This document shows, one piece after another, positions 14,385 to 26,924 of a stretch of 64,000 bases of DNA; positions within the stretch are counted from its first letter, which is position 1; each line of letters opens with the position of its first letter. Made by a program: the position numbers and the translations under genes. The notes beneath the pieces are model-generated. The model was not told the DNA's origin and did no database searches. It saw only the letters and a program-made list of their open reading frames with translations. This DNA is from Octopus sinensis (taxonomy: Eukaryota): assembly GCF_006345805.1 (NCBI RefSeq), contig NC_043003.1:45074001-45138000 (forward strand), read 5' to 3'.

Positions 14385-15170
14385 AAACAGAGGAAGGGAG
14401 ATAACCTTTATTTAAACCCCTATTTTCGTTCTAAAAGTAAATCTATGTCTTTCAAAGATAGTTACACTAAAAATAAGGTAACTAATAGTAAAACCATTTG
14501 GTTAATTATTAAATATAATCTTCCTGTGCTGTTTTGTGAAGCTATTATTAGAAATTTTCCAAAGAATTCTAGGTATTACTCTATTACCAACTCATACACG
14601 GTTAGGATTGGTCTTTCCAACGCAAAAAAAATCTTACAAATTATCTCCTCAGATGATATTAGCCTGTTAATTTGGGATACATTCACTTGTACTAACATTA
14701 ATTTAGCTAATACGATCCATCCACCTAGAAATGTTAATAACAAGGTTATTGTAACTGAAATCAATTACAACAGTATCAAGTTTATGTCAAGTAACTAAAA
14801 AATTAAAATTTCTACATGCCAGTGTAAATTTACTTCTTGTAACGAGTATTTTTTATATAAGCAGCTCATCTTCGCAGTTATCTAAATTAAATTCTAACCA
14901 TTACTCTACATCTAGGCATAGGAATAAACGTAACAGTACAGGGCTTAATAAATTAATTTGGTATCTAAAAGACCACAATAAACAATTTAATTTAGAGTGG
15001 TTGATTCTTTCAGTTTCGATACCTTATGATAAAGGCAAGGAATTGTATCCTCTCTGTAATCTTGAAATATTTTAAAATTCTTTTTTCTAAAATTCTCTTG
15101 TAAACACGGTTATAGAGCGTACATACCGACGTAAACATTGGCAGAAACACACATTTAGTTCATATAAGTG
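14385..15170 (+). mobile_element. Degenerate Naiad-type Penelope-like element: linker plus C-terminal GIY-YIG region
   Basis: NLYLNPYF (cf. NIIWFNPPF), RNFPKNSRYYSITNSYTVRIGLSNAKKILQIISS, and in another frame NSTGLNKLIWYLKDHNKQFNLEWLILSVSIPYDKGKELYPLCNLE. These resemble Naiad/Chlamys-clade PLE C-termini. Stops and frameshifts present. Confidence 0.7.
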
Positions 15171-15399
15171 AAATCTATCATTATATATAATTTAAATGTT
15201 ACATTTCGTCTTACATTTCACATTCGCAAGGTATAACTTTTTCCAAGACTTTAGGGTTTTATTTAATTTACATATCATTATATATTTTTCATTTACTTTT
15301 TTTTTCCTTTCCTTTAACCCTCTTCTTTCTATAGTCTACCTTTGACGTTATATCCTCTAGCATTTTTTTAAAACAAACTTAATAGCGTTCAGTTAGTCA

Positions 15400-16440
15400 C
15401 TATACAAATCCATCATGTTCTGTTAAAATGTCTCCCTTTTTTAGGGAAATAGCGATCAAGTGTGGTGAAGAATTGTTTCGCGATCTTGGATGAGATGTTC
15501 GAGCCCCAGATTTCGTTCACCAAAGTATATCATGGTTTCTGTATTTTCTGTTAGGTCTGTTTGTTCGGGTGTTTGGAGAGGCGTTGGGATTTTGTGGCGT
15601 TAGGTGTTTAATATGTTACCTGTTACTAATTCTCTCAAAATCATAGTTGGTTCTCATGCATTTGGTTTGGTTAGTGTATTCTTACGGCTTGGGATTATAT
15701 TATCTAGGTTATTAACTTTGTGTGTGGTTTGTATTGTGCTTGGTAAGGTTATTATAATTATTCGTAATATTACTCACTGAATTATTAGAGATAATATTAT
15801 TATAACTACTACCAGGGCTGTATTGGGTTTTCCCATAGTATCCAACCTTAGCAAGGTCTCTGTTATAATAACGTGCATGATTGTTGTATATATTCTCGTT
15901 GGCGGATAATCTAGATATTCTGGCTGCTCTTAACAAGTCCCCTAATTATTGATTGTGGATAATCAGATCTAACATGTATGTATGTAAGGCTCTCATTCGG
16001 TTCGTGTAGACCAGTATCCAAATCGAAAGTAGCATCTGAAAATTTGCTCAGCAGTATTTGCGATTTATGGTGATAGAGATCCGAATTATTTTTAAAAACT
16101 TAAATGAGGATTTCTTGTATTTTTCTCGCTGTATTTTATCGCATTTATGTATGAAGAATAATGCGTCCCCTCAGTATAAACATCCACTCATTCCTTAAAT
16201 ATATAACTGTATCGGGGATAGGATGTAGATTTCAACTATGTCTGTTAGTTCTGCAGAATCTGACGATCGCATAGCGATATCAAGTGGCCATAATGTATTA
16301 TCCAAATTTACCAGTATTCCACTCGCGGTTAATATGTCAATTTCGTATCTAGAAAGATCAAACATATTTCCAGCATAGATTAAAGCCTTATTTAAGAGGA
16401 TAGAGATATTGTTAGCGTAATATCCCTCAATATCTAGTTG
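15400..16440 (-). mobile_element. Degenerate Naiad-type Penelope-like element: RT core to linker
   Basis: LDIEGYYANNISILLNKAL..., LDIAMRSSDSAELTDIVEIYIL (cf. FDVTMGSYDGAEVCELVG), CLY*GDAL (cf. GLYRDDGL), FSDATFDLDTG...YIHVRSDYPQSII, YYNRDLAKVGY, KQFFTTLDRYFPK. Confidence 0.8.
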
Positions 16441-16504
16441 AATGAATTTACTGTGTTTATTTTACATTCTGGCACAGATTGGTACATGTATGTTTTATTT
16501 CGTC

Positions 16505-16730
16505 GCTGAGCTCGCAGAATCGTTAGCATGCCGGATGAAGTGCTTAGCGGTATTTCGTCAGCTGTTATGCTCTGAGCTCAAATTGCACCGAAGTCGGCTT
16601 TGTTTTCATCATTTCGGAGTCGATTAAATAATTAACAGTTACCCATTGGGATCGATGTAATTGACCTAATCCCATTGTTTACCACCTCTATGTTTAGGCC
16701 ACTGTGGACAATAAAGAAATAAATATATTT
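16505..16730 (+). mobile_element. SINE family B, degenerate
   Basis: CTGAGCTCGCAGAATCGTTAGCA...CTTAGCGGTATTTCGTC...AATAAAGAAATA. Confidence 0.8.
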
Positions 16731-16789
16731 CATTTTCGACTTTTAACGCTACTATCACTGTGTCTTCTAGTGGTACACTGTATTTTGGT

Positions 16790-18165
16790 ATTAACCTTGA
16801 CAAACCATCCGTATGTCCCAAGTTTTTCGATGGCAAATACACCATCTTGAAGTCGTAATCAGCAGGATCGTTTCTAGCGCTGCAATGTATTGCCTGTATG
16901 AGTGAGGATACACTTTTTTATCCGCTGAGCGACAATAATGAGCGGTGGTCTCTCCGCAAGCGGAACATTCTTCCATGTATATATTTATGGAAGATTTTTC
17001 AGCCGGCAATACTGAACACGGAGCAAGAGCTACCGCTTTAAGGTTACCATCTTCAAATTTGTGTAAAATCATAGCTCCAATAGCACTTTCACTAGCTTCT
17101 GCTGCCACTAATATTTCTAAATTTGGTTCAATGTGATAACGTCATTTACGACGTTAAGATATTTTTAATATTTTCAAAACCTTTTGGGTATTTGTCCGAG
17201 CAGTTCCATTTCACGTCGTTTTTTAATAGGGTATTCAAGGGTGGTCTTAAATTGTACATATTCGGTATGTATACCTGATAGTAATCTTCAAGCCCCCAAA
17301 ATGCTTGTAAGGCATAATTTTCATTGCCAATAATCTACCCTAGATGATTTATTCATGACATAAAAAATCCCACTTTTCTTCACTAAGCTTAAAACTATAT
17401 TCTTTTATTCTTTCGAAGACCTTTTTAGCATGCTCAGTATGCTGACCTCTGGATGCCCTTTTTATGCGTATGTCGTCAAAGTAAGCTACAGCAAAATCCG
17501 AACCTGCTAGCATAATGTCCATAATTTGTTGGAAAATGCCTGTTGCTATCTTTATACCTAAGGGGAGTCGATTAAATTTATACAACTCTTTGTGAGTATG
17601 TATTGTCAATAATTTTGAACATTTCTCATCGACTTTTACCTGCAAATATGCTTCAGATAGGTCCAACTTGGAAAAGCATTTTCTTCCATTCAATTTCATG
17701 AAAATTTCTTCTGGACTCGGTAACGGGTAATTATATGGTATCGTTCATCAGCTTACTTCCATTGAGAAATCAGCAGACACTCAGATTTTATTATTTTTGC
17801 TATTGACATAAACTGTAGCGGATATCCATTCTGAGTAATCAATTTTTTTAATAACGCCAAGCTTTTCAAATCTATCCAGTTCTCCGTTGACTTGTTTCAA
17901 TGCTGCGGAAATGTATCGTACTTCGTCTCTGTTTTGATGCAAAGACTCAATTATTCAGACACAACTCCAGCAAAAAGTTTTATTAATTCTTTTTTTAATC
18001 TTCCGATGCTTTATTAGTATGGGTGAAGAACCATTCACATTCTTACAAAAATATTTATAGGGATGTCCCATAAGTTAAATAGTTTCCGACCAGTCTTTTC
18101 GAAAGAAATTTCTTGTATTTTCAACAAAAAACCTTGGCTTTCAAAGTTTTATACAATTATTTATG
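16790..18165 (-). mobile_element. Ty3/Gypsy LTR-retrotransposon pol remnant (RT plus RNase H)
   Basis: ELDRFEKLGVIKKIDYSEW, YPLPSPEEIFMKLNGRKCFSKLDLSEAYLQVKVD...LYKFNRLPLGIKIATGIFQQIMD...AYFDDI, AAEASESAIGAMILH. Multiple stops and frameshifts; no LTRs seen. Confidence 0.9.
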
Positions 18166-18959
18166 CTATTCATTTTTACTTATCTTTACTCCTGTTCATT
18201 TTTCTCGTTATTTGGTCACATTAATAATAGTAAATTCCTTAAATTTTATCTATCCCTTTCACGAAATTTTCTAATGAATTTTCGCTATGAAACAATACAA
18301 CATATCTTTATTAAACAGAGCAAATCAATTACGTTTCATCCAATTACAGTGTTCTCTACGTTGTATAAGTGGAGAGGGAATTTAGCGTGCATATTTAGAG
18401 TTGAATTGCTGATGCAATCATGGAGTTCCAGTGAGCTGATGAGGGAGCATTCTTTATTTGCATTAATGCGTGTATATACAAATATATTGTATAACATTCA
18501 GCTGATATATTAATGTAAACATCTACAAATAAATTTCTTCCATACTGAAGTGATTACTCAATGAAGTTTGCGAAACAGTAGTAATCCTATGGAAATTTCG
18601 TAGTTAGATAAAAATATACATTCACTTCCAATACTTCCAGACATTGCCTACGCGCGGTCACACATACACATTATATAAACATAAGTGTGTGTGTGTGTAT
18701 TTAAATGTGAGTATATGTGTGCTGTGTTTGTACGTACCTCTGTTTGAGTATGCATGAGTAATAGAAACATTAAAAATAAAAACCATATTTCATATAAGTA
18801 AAATAAATGCAAGCAAACAGTATTAATTATATGACATATTTTGCTTTCCTAAAAGCAAACACCACACATAGTTTACGCTGTATTACTTATGAAATTTTGC
18901 TTATTGTTTTACTTTGCTCTTTCGCTGCAACTTATATTTTGTTTTTACCAGTCACTTAA

Positions 18960-19107
<148 letters not shown>

Positions 19108-19602
19108 AACGTAGGAAGATCTTTCAAGAATGTCCGCGAATAATGTGAGTTTCTTATCACGACTGAAAAGATTTCAAAACGATAAACCGCAAATAATTTA
19201 TCCCAGTTGATGAGTTGATATCATGAGCTACTAATAGTTTCTCGCTGGAGAAATACAATAAGAGGATTCCAAATAGGAAAGCGTTGTGCTAGAAAGAGCA
19301 GTAGAGATCTCAAGATCACAAAAAAGGATAAATTCACGAATGGAGGTCTGTATGTCTGATATCTAAAGGCTGTCCCACTGAAGATAACTGGCCTTCAGCA
19401 AATAATTTTTTACTGGAAATAGTTAGAAACCGTCGGTCTGGGAAATAATTGAAATGGTAAACGTTTTTAATTTTCATCTCTTTCGTGAATTTATCCTTTT
19501 TTGTGGTCTTGAGACTTCTACTGCTCTTTCTAGCACAACGCGTTCCTATTTCGAAGCCTCCTATTGCATATATATATATATATAATATATATATATATAT
19601 AT

Positions 19603-19634
<32 letters not shown>

Positions 19635-19639
19635 ACAGA

Positions 19640-20250
19640 ATTATTAAATCTCAGAACGAGATGTAACAGTAATCGCTCGACAATGTAAAGTATAAAAGCT
19701 ATATCAATATGGCTAACCACAAAGGGGAAGGGGTGTCACTGTAGCTTTTTAGCCCCAGGAGATCATCATCTCCAGCTGGCTTTAGACACGCTTTCTGTGC
19801 TCTTTAGGTATTTGCAAAGGGAGGCCATCCCTTTCTCGTAAGCCTGAGTGATACGCACCAGACCGGTTTCGAGATTATTGTCTCTTATCAACGGACGGTA
19901 ATCACCAGATCACGATGAAAGACAAGTCCTGTTTGCAAATATATAAGAGTTTTTCTAGTGACGTCTGCCACTGATTTCAAAAAACTGACTGTAAGCATTA
20001 TTAAATCTCAGAACGAGATGTATACAGTAATCGCTCGACAAGTATAAAGCCATCTCAATATGGCTAACCACAAAGGGGAGGTGTGTTACTGTAGCTTTTT
20101 AGCCCCAGGAGATCATCGTCTCCAGCTGGCTTTAGACACACTTTCTGTGCTCTTTAGGTATTTGCAAAGGGTGATCTCCTGGGGCTAAAAAGCTACAGTA
20201 ACACCCCCTCCCCTTTGTGGTTAGCAATATTGAGATGGCTTTTATACTTT
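19640..20250 (-). mobile_element. Non-autonomous PLE pseudo-LTR/retrozyme-like element: 357-bp unit, partial second unit, then an inverted ~78-bp copy
   Basis: ATTATTAAATCTCAGAACGAGATG at 19640 and 19997. 20172-20249 is the reverse complement of about 20040-20116. Contains an HHR fold. Flanked by (TA)n/(CA)n. Confidence 0.75.
19848..19905 (-). ncRNA. Minimal type I hammerhead ribozyme, U3-A8 core variant
   Basis: Minus strand: gtgat-taccgtccg UUGAUAA gaga-caataa-tctc GAAAC CG GUC tggtgcgta-tcac. 4-bp stem II, palindromic ACCGGU stem III, GUC site, interrupted stem I. Confidence 0.65.
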
Positions 20251-20280
20251 ACACACACACATATATATATATATATATCA

Positions 20281-20557
20281 CGTGACCGACCAGTCCATCA
20301 GATGTAGTTACACATCGCTGGTCACAATGAGTTCGCATTGTGTTAGCCTTCGAATGATGCCACCCCGCTGGCTAAGCGAGCAGGCCAACAGAAGAAAGAG
20401 TGGGAGAAAGAGTGGTGAAAGAGTACAGCAGGGATCACCACCCCCTGCCGGAGCCTCGTGGAGCTTTTTAGGTGTTTTCGCTCAATAAACACTCACAACG
20501 CCCGGTCTGGGTATCGAAACCGCGATCCTACGACCGCGAATCCGCTGCCGGGCCATT
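20281..20557 (-). mobile_element. tRNA-derived SINE family C
   Basis: Reverse complement begins GCAATGGCCCGGCAGCGGATTCGCGGTCGTAGGATCGCGGTTTCGATACCCAGACCGGGCG (tRNA-like A/B boxes). Confidence 0.75.
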
Positions 20558-20609
20558 GCATACATACATACACACACACACGTAGTGGGGAAGGGTTGTG
20601 TGTGTATGT

Positions 20610-20940
20610 ATCATCGTCCTCATCATCATTTAAATTCCATTTTTCATGCCGCTGTGACTAGTGGGTTTGAAAGGAGTTGGCCAGCTGAAGAGCTCTCCGG
20701 GTTCCCTGTCTTTTCCAGCATGAGTTCTACCGTTGGAAGGCTTCCTAACGCCAAACAATTCAGTTTGTACTGGGTGATTGTATGCAGAGACTGTAAAGGT
20801 GCGCTTAGCTAGCACCAGTGCGGATGCCTTTTACGTAGCACCATCCCCCAAGAAACCGCAAGTTTAGGAATGCTCAACTGGAGATTGATGCAGGGCCATG
20901 TCGGTATGGAAGGACACCCACCATTATACTGACCTTAAAT
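20610..20940 (-). mobile_element. Degenerate retroposon 3' end with (TGA)n-like tail (RTE-associated SINE/LINE end)
   Basis: Plus strand TCATCATCATTTAAATTCCATTTTTCATGCC..., resembling a common cephalopod retroposon tail as recalled. No ORF. Confidence 0.45.
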
Positions 20941-20954
20941 TGTCTTCTGGAGCG

Positions 20955-21000
<46 letters not shown>

Positions 21001-21008
21001 TACTAAAA

Positions 21009-21142
21009 CTGCAAAAACATCACAAAAATATAACAAAAATCTGCTACTCAGTGTTTCAGGTTCTCGTTCGTCGGAGAGTTGTGATGGAGGACGTGAAACT
21101 CCGAGTACCAATTTTTGTGATATTTTTGCGATGTCTTTGCAG
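21009..21142. repeat. Imperfect inverted repeat with two decayed HHR-like cores
   Basis: Left arm ctgcaaaaacatcacaaaaatataacaaaaatctgctactcagtgtttca vs reverse complement of right arm ctgcaaagacatcgcaaaaatatcacaaaaattggtactcggagtttca. Each arm has GAAAC-(N5)-GTA. Confidence 0.65.
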
Positions 21143-21247
21143 ATTTAATCATAAATCGTATTAATTTTCCTCTGGAATTCTCAAACTATTTTCTCTCACC
21201 TTGTTTCACATTTATGAGCTTACTCTGCTATGTATGTATATATATAT

Positions 21248-21299
<52 letters not shown>

Positions 21300-21619
21300 T
21301 ATTGTGTGTGTATGTGTGCATGTGTGTGAGTACATGCGTGCATGTGTGTTTGTACATGTATGCATTTTGGTGTGTCTGTGTGGAGGCGAGTGGCTTGGTG
21401 ATCAGCATATTGCAGTTATGTTCACAAGATTGTGGTTTCGCTTCCTGCACCGAGTGATGCGTAGCTTCCTTGAGCACTCCAACTTACTCAGGTACCAAAA
21501 ATAAGTAATAAGGTCACATATCAGTGTGCTGCTTAGGGGGCCAGGACATGTACGAAACAAATTTCGAGAAACTGGCTCTATGACCACTTAACTCGGGAAA
21601 GAACTTTCATCACTTTCAT

Positions 21620-21631
21620 GCAAACACAACA

Positions 21632-21688
<57 letters not shown>

Positions 21689-21721
21689 TTATATATATAT
21701 ATATATTATATATATATATAT

Positions 21722-21805
<84 letters not shown>
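21620..21805. repeat. (TA)n microsatellite
   Basis: Direct inspection. Confidence 0.95.
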
Positions 21806-21926
21806 TTATACATGTGCATGCATCTATATACACATGGGAACATATGTGTGTGTCTCTGTTCATATACATTCGTAGATGATATTTTCGTGGGTGTTTATAG
21901 TTATGTACAAGACGTGATGTCGCGAT

Positions 21927-22046
21927 GAAGAAGAAGAAGAAGAAGAAGAAGAAGAAGAAGAAGAAGAAGAAGAAGAAGAAGAAGAAGAAGAAGAAGAAGA
22001 AGAAGAAGAAGAAGAAGAAGAAGAAGAAGAAGAAGAAGAAGAAGAA
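21927..22046 (+). repeat. Perfect (GAA)40 trinucleotide tract
   Basis: 120 bp of uninterrupted GAA. Confidence 0.95.
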
Positions 22047-22809
22047 GACGAACAAGAACAAGAATATACGGTTTTTATATCATGAGATTTTTTACACGAC
22101 AAAAATGGAGTATACTACTGGTTCTTTAGTATTTGGTGATGACCAATATTCCTGAATGGTGTGACCGTAAAGACAGATTAGTATCCATAAGAAACAAAAT
22201 TAGCTTGAAACCATACCTCATACAATGTACATTTTGCATAGTCCATATATACTTGGTTTAATTCAGTGTGACTGTACTTGTGTGTGAATATATATATATA
22301 CGCGTGTACATGTATAGGAATATGTGCATCTAAAACTACAAGGGATGATACATAAATATTATTTAATTCTATGAAGTAACTTCAAGTACAACCGCTCAGT
22401 TTTATCTCTACACCTCGATACCACATACTCACGCACACAAACTTATATATATATGTGTGTGTGTGTGTGTGTGAGCAATATGTTTATAGAGAGAAACAGA
22501 ATGTGAAGGAGATAATAGTATGAATGTGACGGATGCTAAGTGCAAGCTATAGAAAGTTCAGATAATGGAAATGAATAAATTATCCATTCAGCTAACACAT
22601 TTGGATTATATCTCGTTCATGAATTCGCCTGTCATCATGGATTACGTTAATCCATGTTGACACGTATATTTGAATCTAGAAATACAAATAGGTAATTGCC
22701 AGTCGTTGAGCTTGACAATGTAATTAGGACTATGTAAATGCATCTATGCAAACAAGCACTCACGAAAGTACTCACAAGGTAGCTTCTACGAGTAAGCTCA
22801 CATATATGT

Positions 22810-23010
<201 letters not shown>

Positions 23011-23369
23011 TATGTATATACATGCTTGTGTTCGTGTGAGTATGTATATCTATATTTTCATGTGTATATCTCATTTTATCTTTCTTAATTCCATTTCCGT
23101 CTTTTCATACAGGGTATCGATCGGAATTTTAGATTTTAGACTTTTTTATCTGTTAGAGATTATGTACACTTCTTTGAATGTTATTTGTTCGCTCTATACG
23201 TATACGCTTTTTCACTGACGCGCATTCGCTTTACTGATATTACGTTATATTTGTTGGTTTATCTTTACCTTATTTGATAACCCAAGATGTATTATTTATT
23301 TTCTTAGTTTTCTCTCTGACTCTCTCCACACTTATGCATATATGAAAGTAGGCACGTTTGTGTACATAC

Positions 23370-24050
23370 ATACTTACATATATTATTCTTTAACAAAAAC
23401 GGTATTAAGAGTGAATCGATGTTCCTTGGCTACAGTTGCACTATAGAAAATATTACTTGAGAGCAAGTTCATTTTTAGAGGGGAAAGAGAAGGAGCTACC
23501 ATTGTTATACGTGTTTTTATCACCATGGTTGGGACGAGAGAGTTTTGGAGTATACTAAAAATGATATGGGTTTCATTGTAGAAATTTCTTTCATCTAGGT
23601 AACATTTAAAGCTACACATTCGGTTTTTATTTCTTGGAGATTGTATTAGAAAGAAAGTAGTTAAGAGCATCTTGACTTGTCTGGTAAAGGCTGTTTGTCT
23701 TCTCTGATCTTACAAACATTTTGGTTTGTTATTATCGGCTCTACTTTCTGTTTCAGTTATTTCTGCTGCCCGTTCGGTTGCATGTTAAATTGTATTGCTT
23801 TAACATTTTGAATAGATCTTCGTCAAAGGTTTGTAGCAATAGATTGGTTTGTGGATATTTAATCGTCTTAAAAACATTGTTGTTAGTGGGATTTTTCTCC
23901 TGTCAGTATTTTTCGTAATGATAAATTCTCCATGTATGTCTTTTGGTAAAATATTTGGATTAGTGTTTCAGGAATTGATTCTTGGATAGTATTTATATTT
24001 TTTCATAGAGAAATGTACTGGGCGTTGCTGCAAATTTTGCTGTTTTACAA
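23370..24050 (-). mobile_element. Highly degenerate Neptune-type PLE 3' region (linker/GIY-YIG relic)
   Basis: NRMCSFKCYLDERNFY...LSSNIFYSATV aligns loosely with CGRSNCATCPNLLEG...CASENIIYVIKC of the 60.5-kb copy. Many stops. Confidence 0.4.
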
Positions 24051-26427
24051 TTAATGTTATGAGATCACACATGTCAGAACCTAGTTATATTAATATTTGT
24101 TTTTTTCTTCTTTTTTGCTCAGTTATGATAAAACATTTGTACATTAAAGTGAAGAAATACTCAATAATTTTAGCGGAATGCATGTTTATCATTGTTTAAC
24201 CAGAATAGTATTGACAGTGACTTGGAAGTTCCTGCACCTGAAAATTTTAAGTTAACTTAGACTATATAATGCGAAGGTAATCTCAAATATACCACAGTAC
24301 GCTGATAGTTTAGCAGGCAGTAACGTATGTGTGTATGTGTATATGCACCTTTGTATATATGCGGGCAAGTATGAGTATGCACATTAACTGAAAAACTCTA
24401 CACTCATGACCTATGTATTATTTTATTATTTAGTGTTTTGACATGAATCTTTTTTCATGAGAAATTAACGTTAGGATTGAACTTGAGACGCTTTCTCCGT
24501 AATAATACAACGCACAAGCGAATGGTTAGGCTTCCACAAAACTTGAGATCCTCTTTGGCAACGAGCAAACACTACAAAATATCTACAATGGATACTTATA
24601 GTCCCTTGAGCTGTGTTCTCTTTGATTGACTATGTTGAGGATGCACACAGCTATAACAGAAGCTAGTGATAATTTCCCACCCATCCAGTATTAATCAGTG
24701 AAGCTTCAATTCTACTGGTGAACATTTGTTGGACGTACATTTTCTTGATAAATTCATTTTTAAAGCGTACATGAATTAAAATTCAAGAATTTTCATATAA
24801 ATTACCATTCAAATTAACATCTCAAATACATGTATTCCAATATACGACATTAGACAATGACAGGAATATAATAGGAAACAGCAATATGCAAATATCTTAT
24901 GAAAGATTAAAAACCTCTTCAGAATGCAGCAACACTTTATGCCACTAGCAAGTTTCATATCGCTGAAACATAAATGAGAACTTGAACGTAAAAATAATTA
25001 ATAATTCCTTACAAAAGCTGACGGTTTCATGTTTATAAAGAATGTCCTGAATGGACAACCAGGTGGACACAGACATAAATTTAACTTAAAGATTAGATCT
25101 GATTCACAAGATTGAATGTATAGATTGTATTAAATTATCTGGCAGTATCTTTCTAATGGTTCTATCACAGTCACACCGCTTGTGAGAATAGCGTGGTTTC
25201 TCATGAAAACAGCCATATTATAAACGAAAAGAACATTAATCATGAATCAACAAGAAAACCTTTATGTCGTCCCGTGACCTGCAAGCAGATCTCTCTCAAA
25301 TTCCGCATTACTCGCTTAAGGAAAGAATGGAACATAGGACACTTTAGTCATAGATATTCAAAAATTCAATTTCGTCATAACTAGATCTACTCAACCACAT
25401 GTGACCTAAAGTGAAACCACACCAAGAATATCAACATTAATCAGCTCAAAATCCAGTGACATCCTGAAGAATTCCTTCAAAAATATTTCTGCCACAACAC
25501 TTACGAGCATCTCCATAATAAGAAATAAATTTTCTATTACACATTTTGTTGAACTAATGAGAGAGCATCTTCTTAAACACATGACCTACTAGAAATAGAA
25601 GTGAAATAAAGTCCCGATCGCATTTTATCATTCGTTTAGGAGACCCGTTAGATGATGTGGTCTTATATATGAATTATGTTTGTAAAACAGATGTGATCAA
25701 GGTTGTAAATATGTTTAGAAATAAATCAGGTTGATGAAGTCTGGCGCCGGCGAGAAGTAGAATGAAGTGGAGGAAAAGGAAGCAGTGGAAGAGGATAATG
25801 TGGGGGGAGAGGTAAAGGAGAGATATATGTAATTAAGAATGCAAAATATATGTTGACCATATTATTTCCGAATGTTTCAAAAAGAATATTCATTCAATGT
25901 AGATGTAAATTATACCGTGGAAGAAATCGGTTTACTGCAACAGAAAAGAAAATACTACCGCTCCATCAGTACATGTCGATGGAAAGTATTTAGGATGATG
26001 TGTCTCTATAGATGACAAGTGAGTGATTGGTAGCCACAAAGATTAGTATTATGAAGCCATACGTCATACAAAATAGACATCATTCTGATATTCTTGGACT
26101 AATTCAGTAACTGTTTTTCACAATGTAGACAAATATAACAGCAACACAGAAACCCAAATGTTGACATCTGCCATAGATTCAATAAAATAAGTGCGTGACA
26201 TCCGAGTTTTGAAGAAACTCATAAACTTCCGCTATTTTCTAGTTCCCTGAAAGCTAAATAACGAGCAAGAGATTATGAATCCTTTATAAATTGCTTTGAA
26301 GAAGCTGTCATCAAGTTTCATTTCAACTGTCTGTGGAAACGTATTGTGACATCTTGTATTGTTACATACAAACATGAATACACGCATGCACAGACACGCA
26401 TACACACACACACACACAACACACACA

Positions 26428-26483
<56 letters not shown>

Positions 26484-26704
26484 TATATAGATATTAAGAG
26501 ACTAATATACAAATACACGCATAGAGAAGGGAGAACGGCGGGCAGAGAGTAAGTTGGAAAGTAAGAGAAAGATGAGAAGAGAAGGTCAGAGAAGTAGATA
26601 TTGCAAAAAAAAAAAAAAGAAAATAGAGAGAGAGATTGAAAGAATGTGGAATTCCGCACTTTAAAAAATTGGTAACTACCATTAGCAATATTCTTTCTGC
26701 TATA

Positions 26705-26915
26705 AGCCGGTGAACTGGTAGAATCGTTAGCACGCTGGGCGAAATGCTTATCAGCATTTCGTCGGTCTTGACATTATGAGGTGAAATGTCGCCGAGATCG
26801 ACTTTCATTTTCATCCTTTCGGAGTCAATAAAATAAGTACCAGTAAAATACTGAGGTTGATGTATTCGACTTACTTGAAATCCCGAAATCGCAGGACTTA
26901 TGCCAAAATTTGTAG
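26705..26915 (+). mobile_element. SINE family B
   Basis: GGTGAACTGGTAGAATCGTTAGCACGCTGGGCGAAATGCTTA...CGCCGAGATCGACTTTCATTTTCATCC. Confidence 0.85.
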
Positions 26916-26924
26916 TCAATATTC

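Noticed and set aside
16165-16175. In-frame TGA in the Naiad RT (LY*GD), tempting as selenocysteine because some Naiads encode selenoproteins
   Set aside because: It falls on the conserved Arg of YRDD (CGA to TGA, typical CpG decay) in a copy with other stops and frameshifts. No SECIS identified.
24900-25530. Possible very old RLE-type LINE C-terminus (TLVIDIQK...TSISIIRNK)
   Set aside because: Similarity is too weak to support without a profile search.
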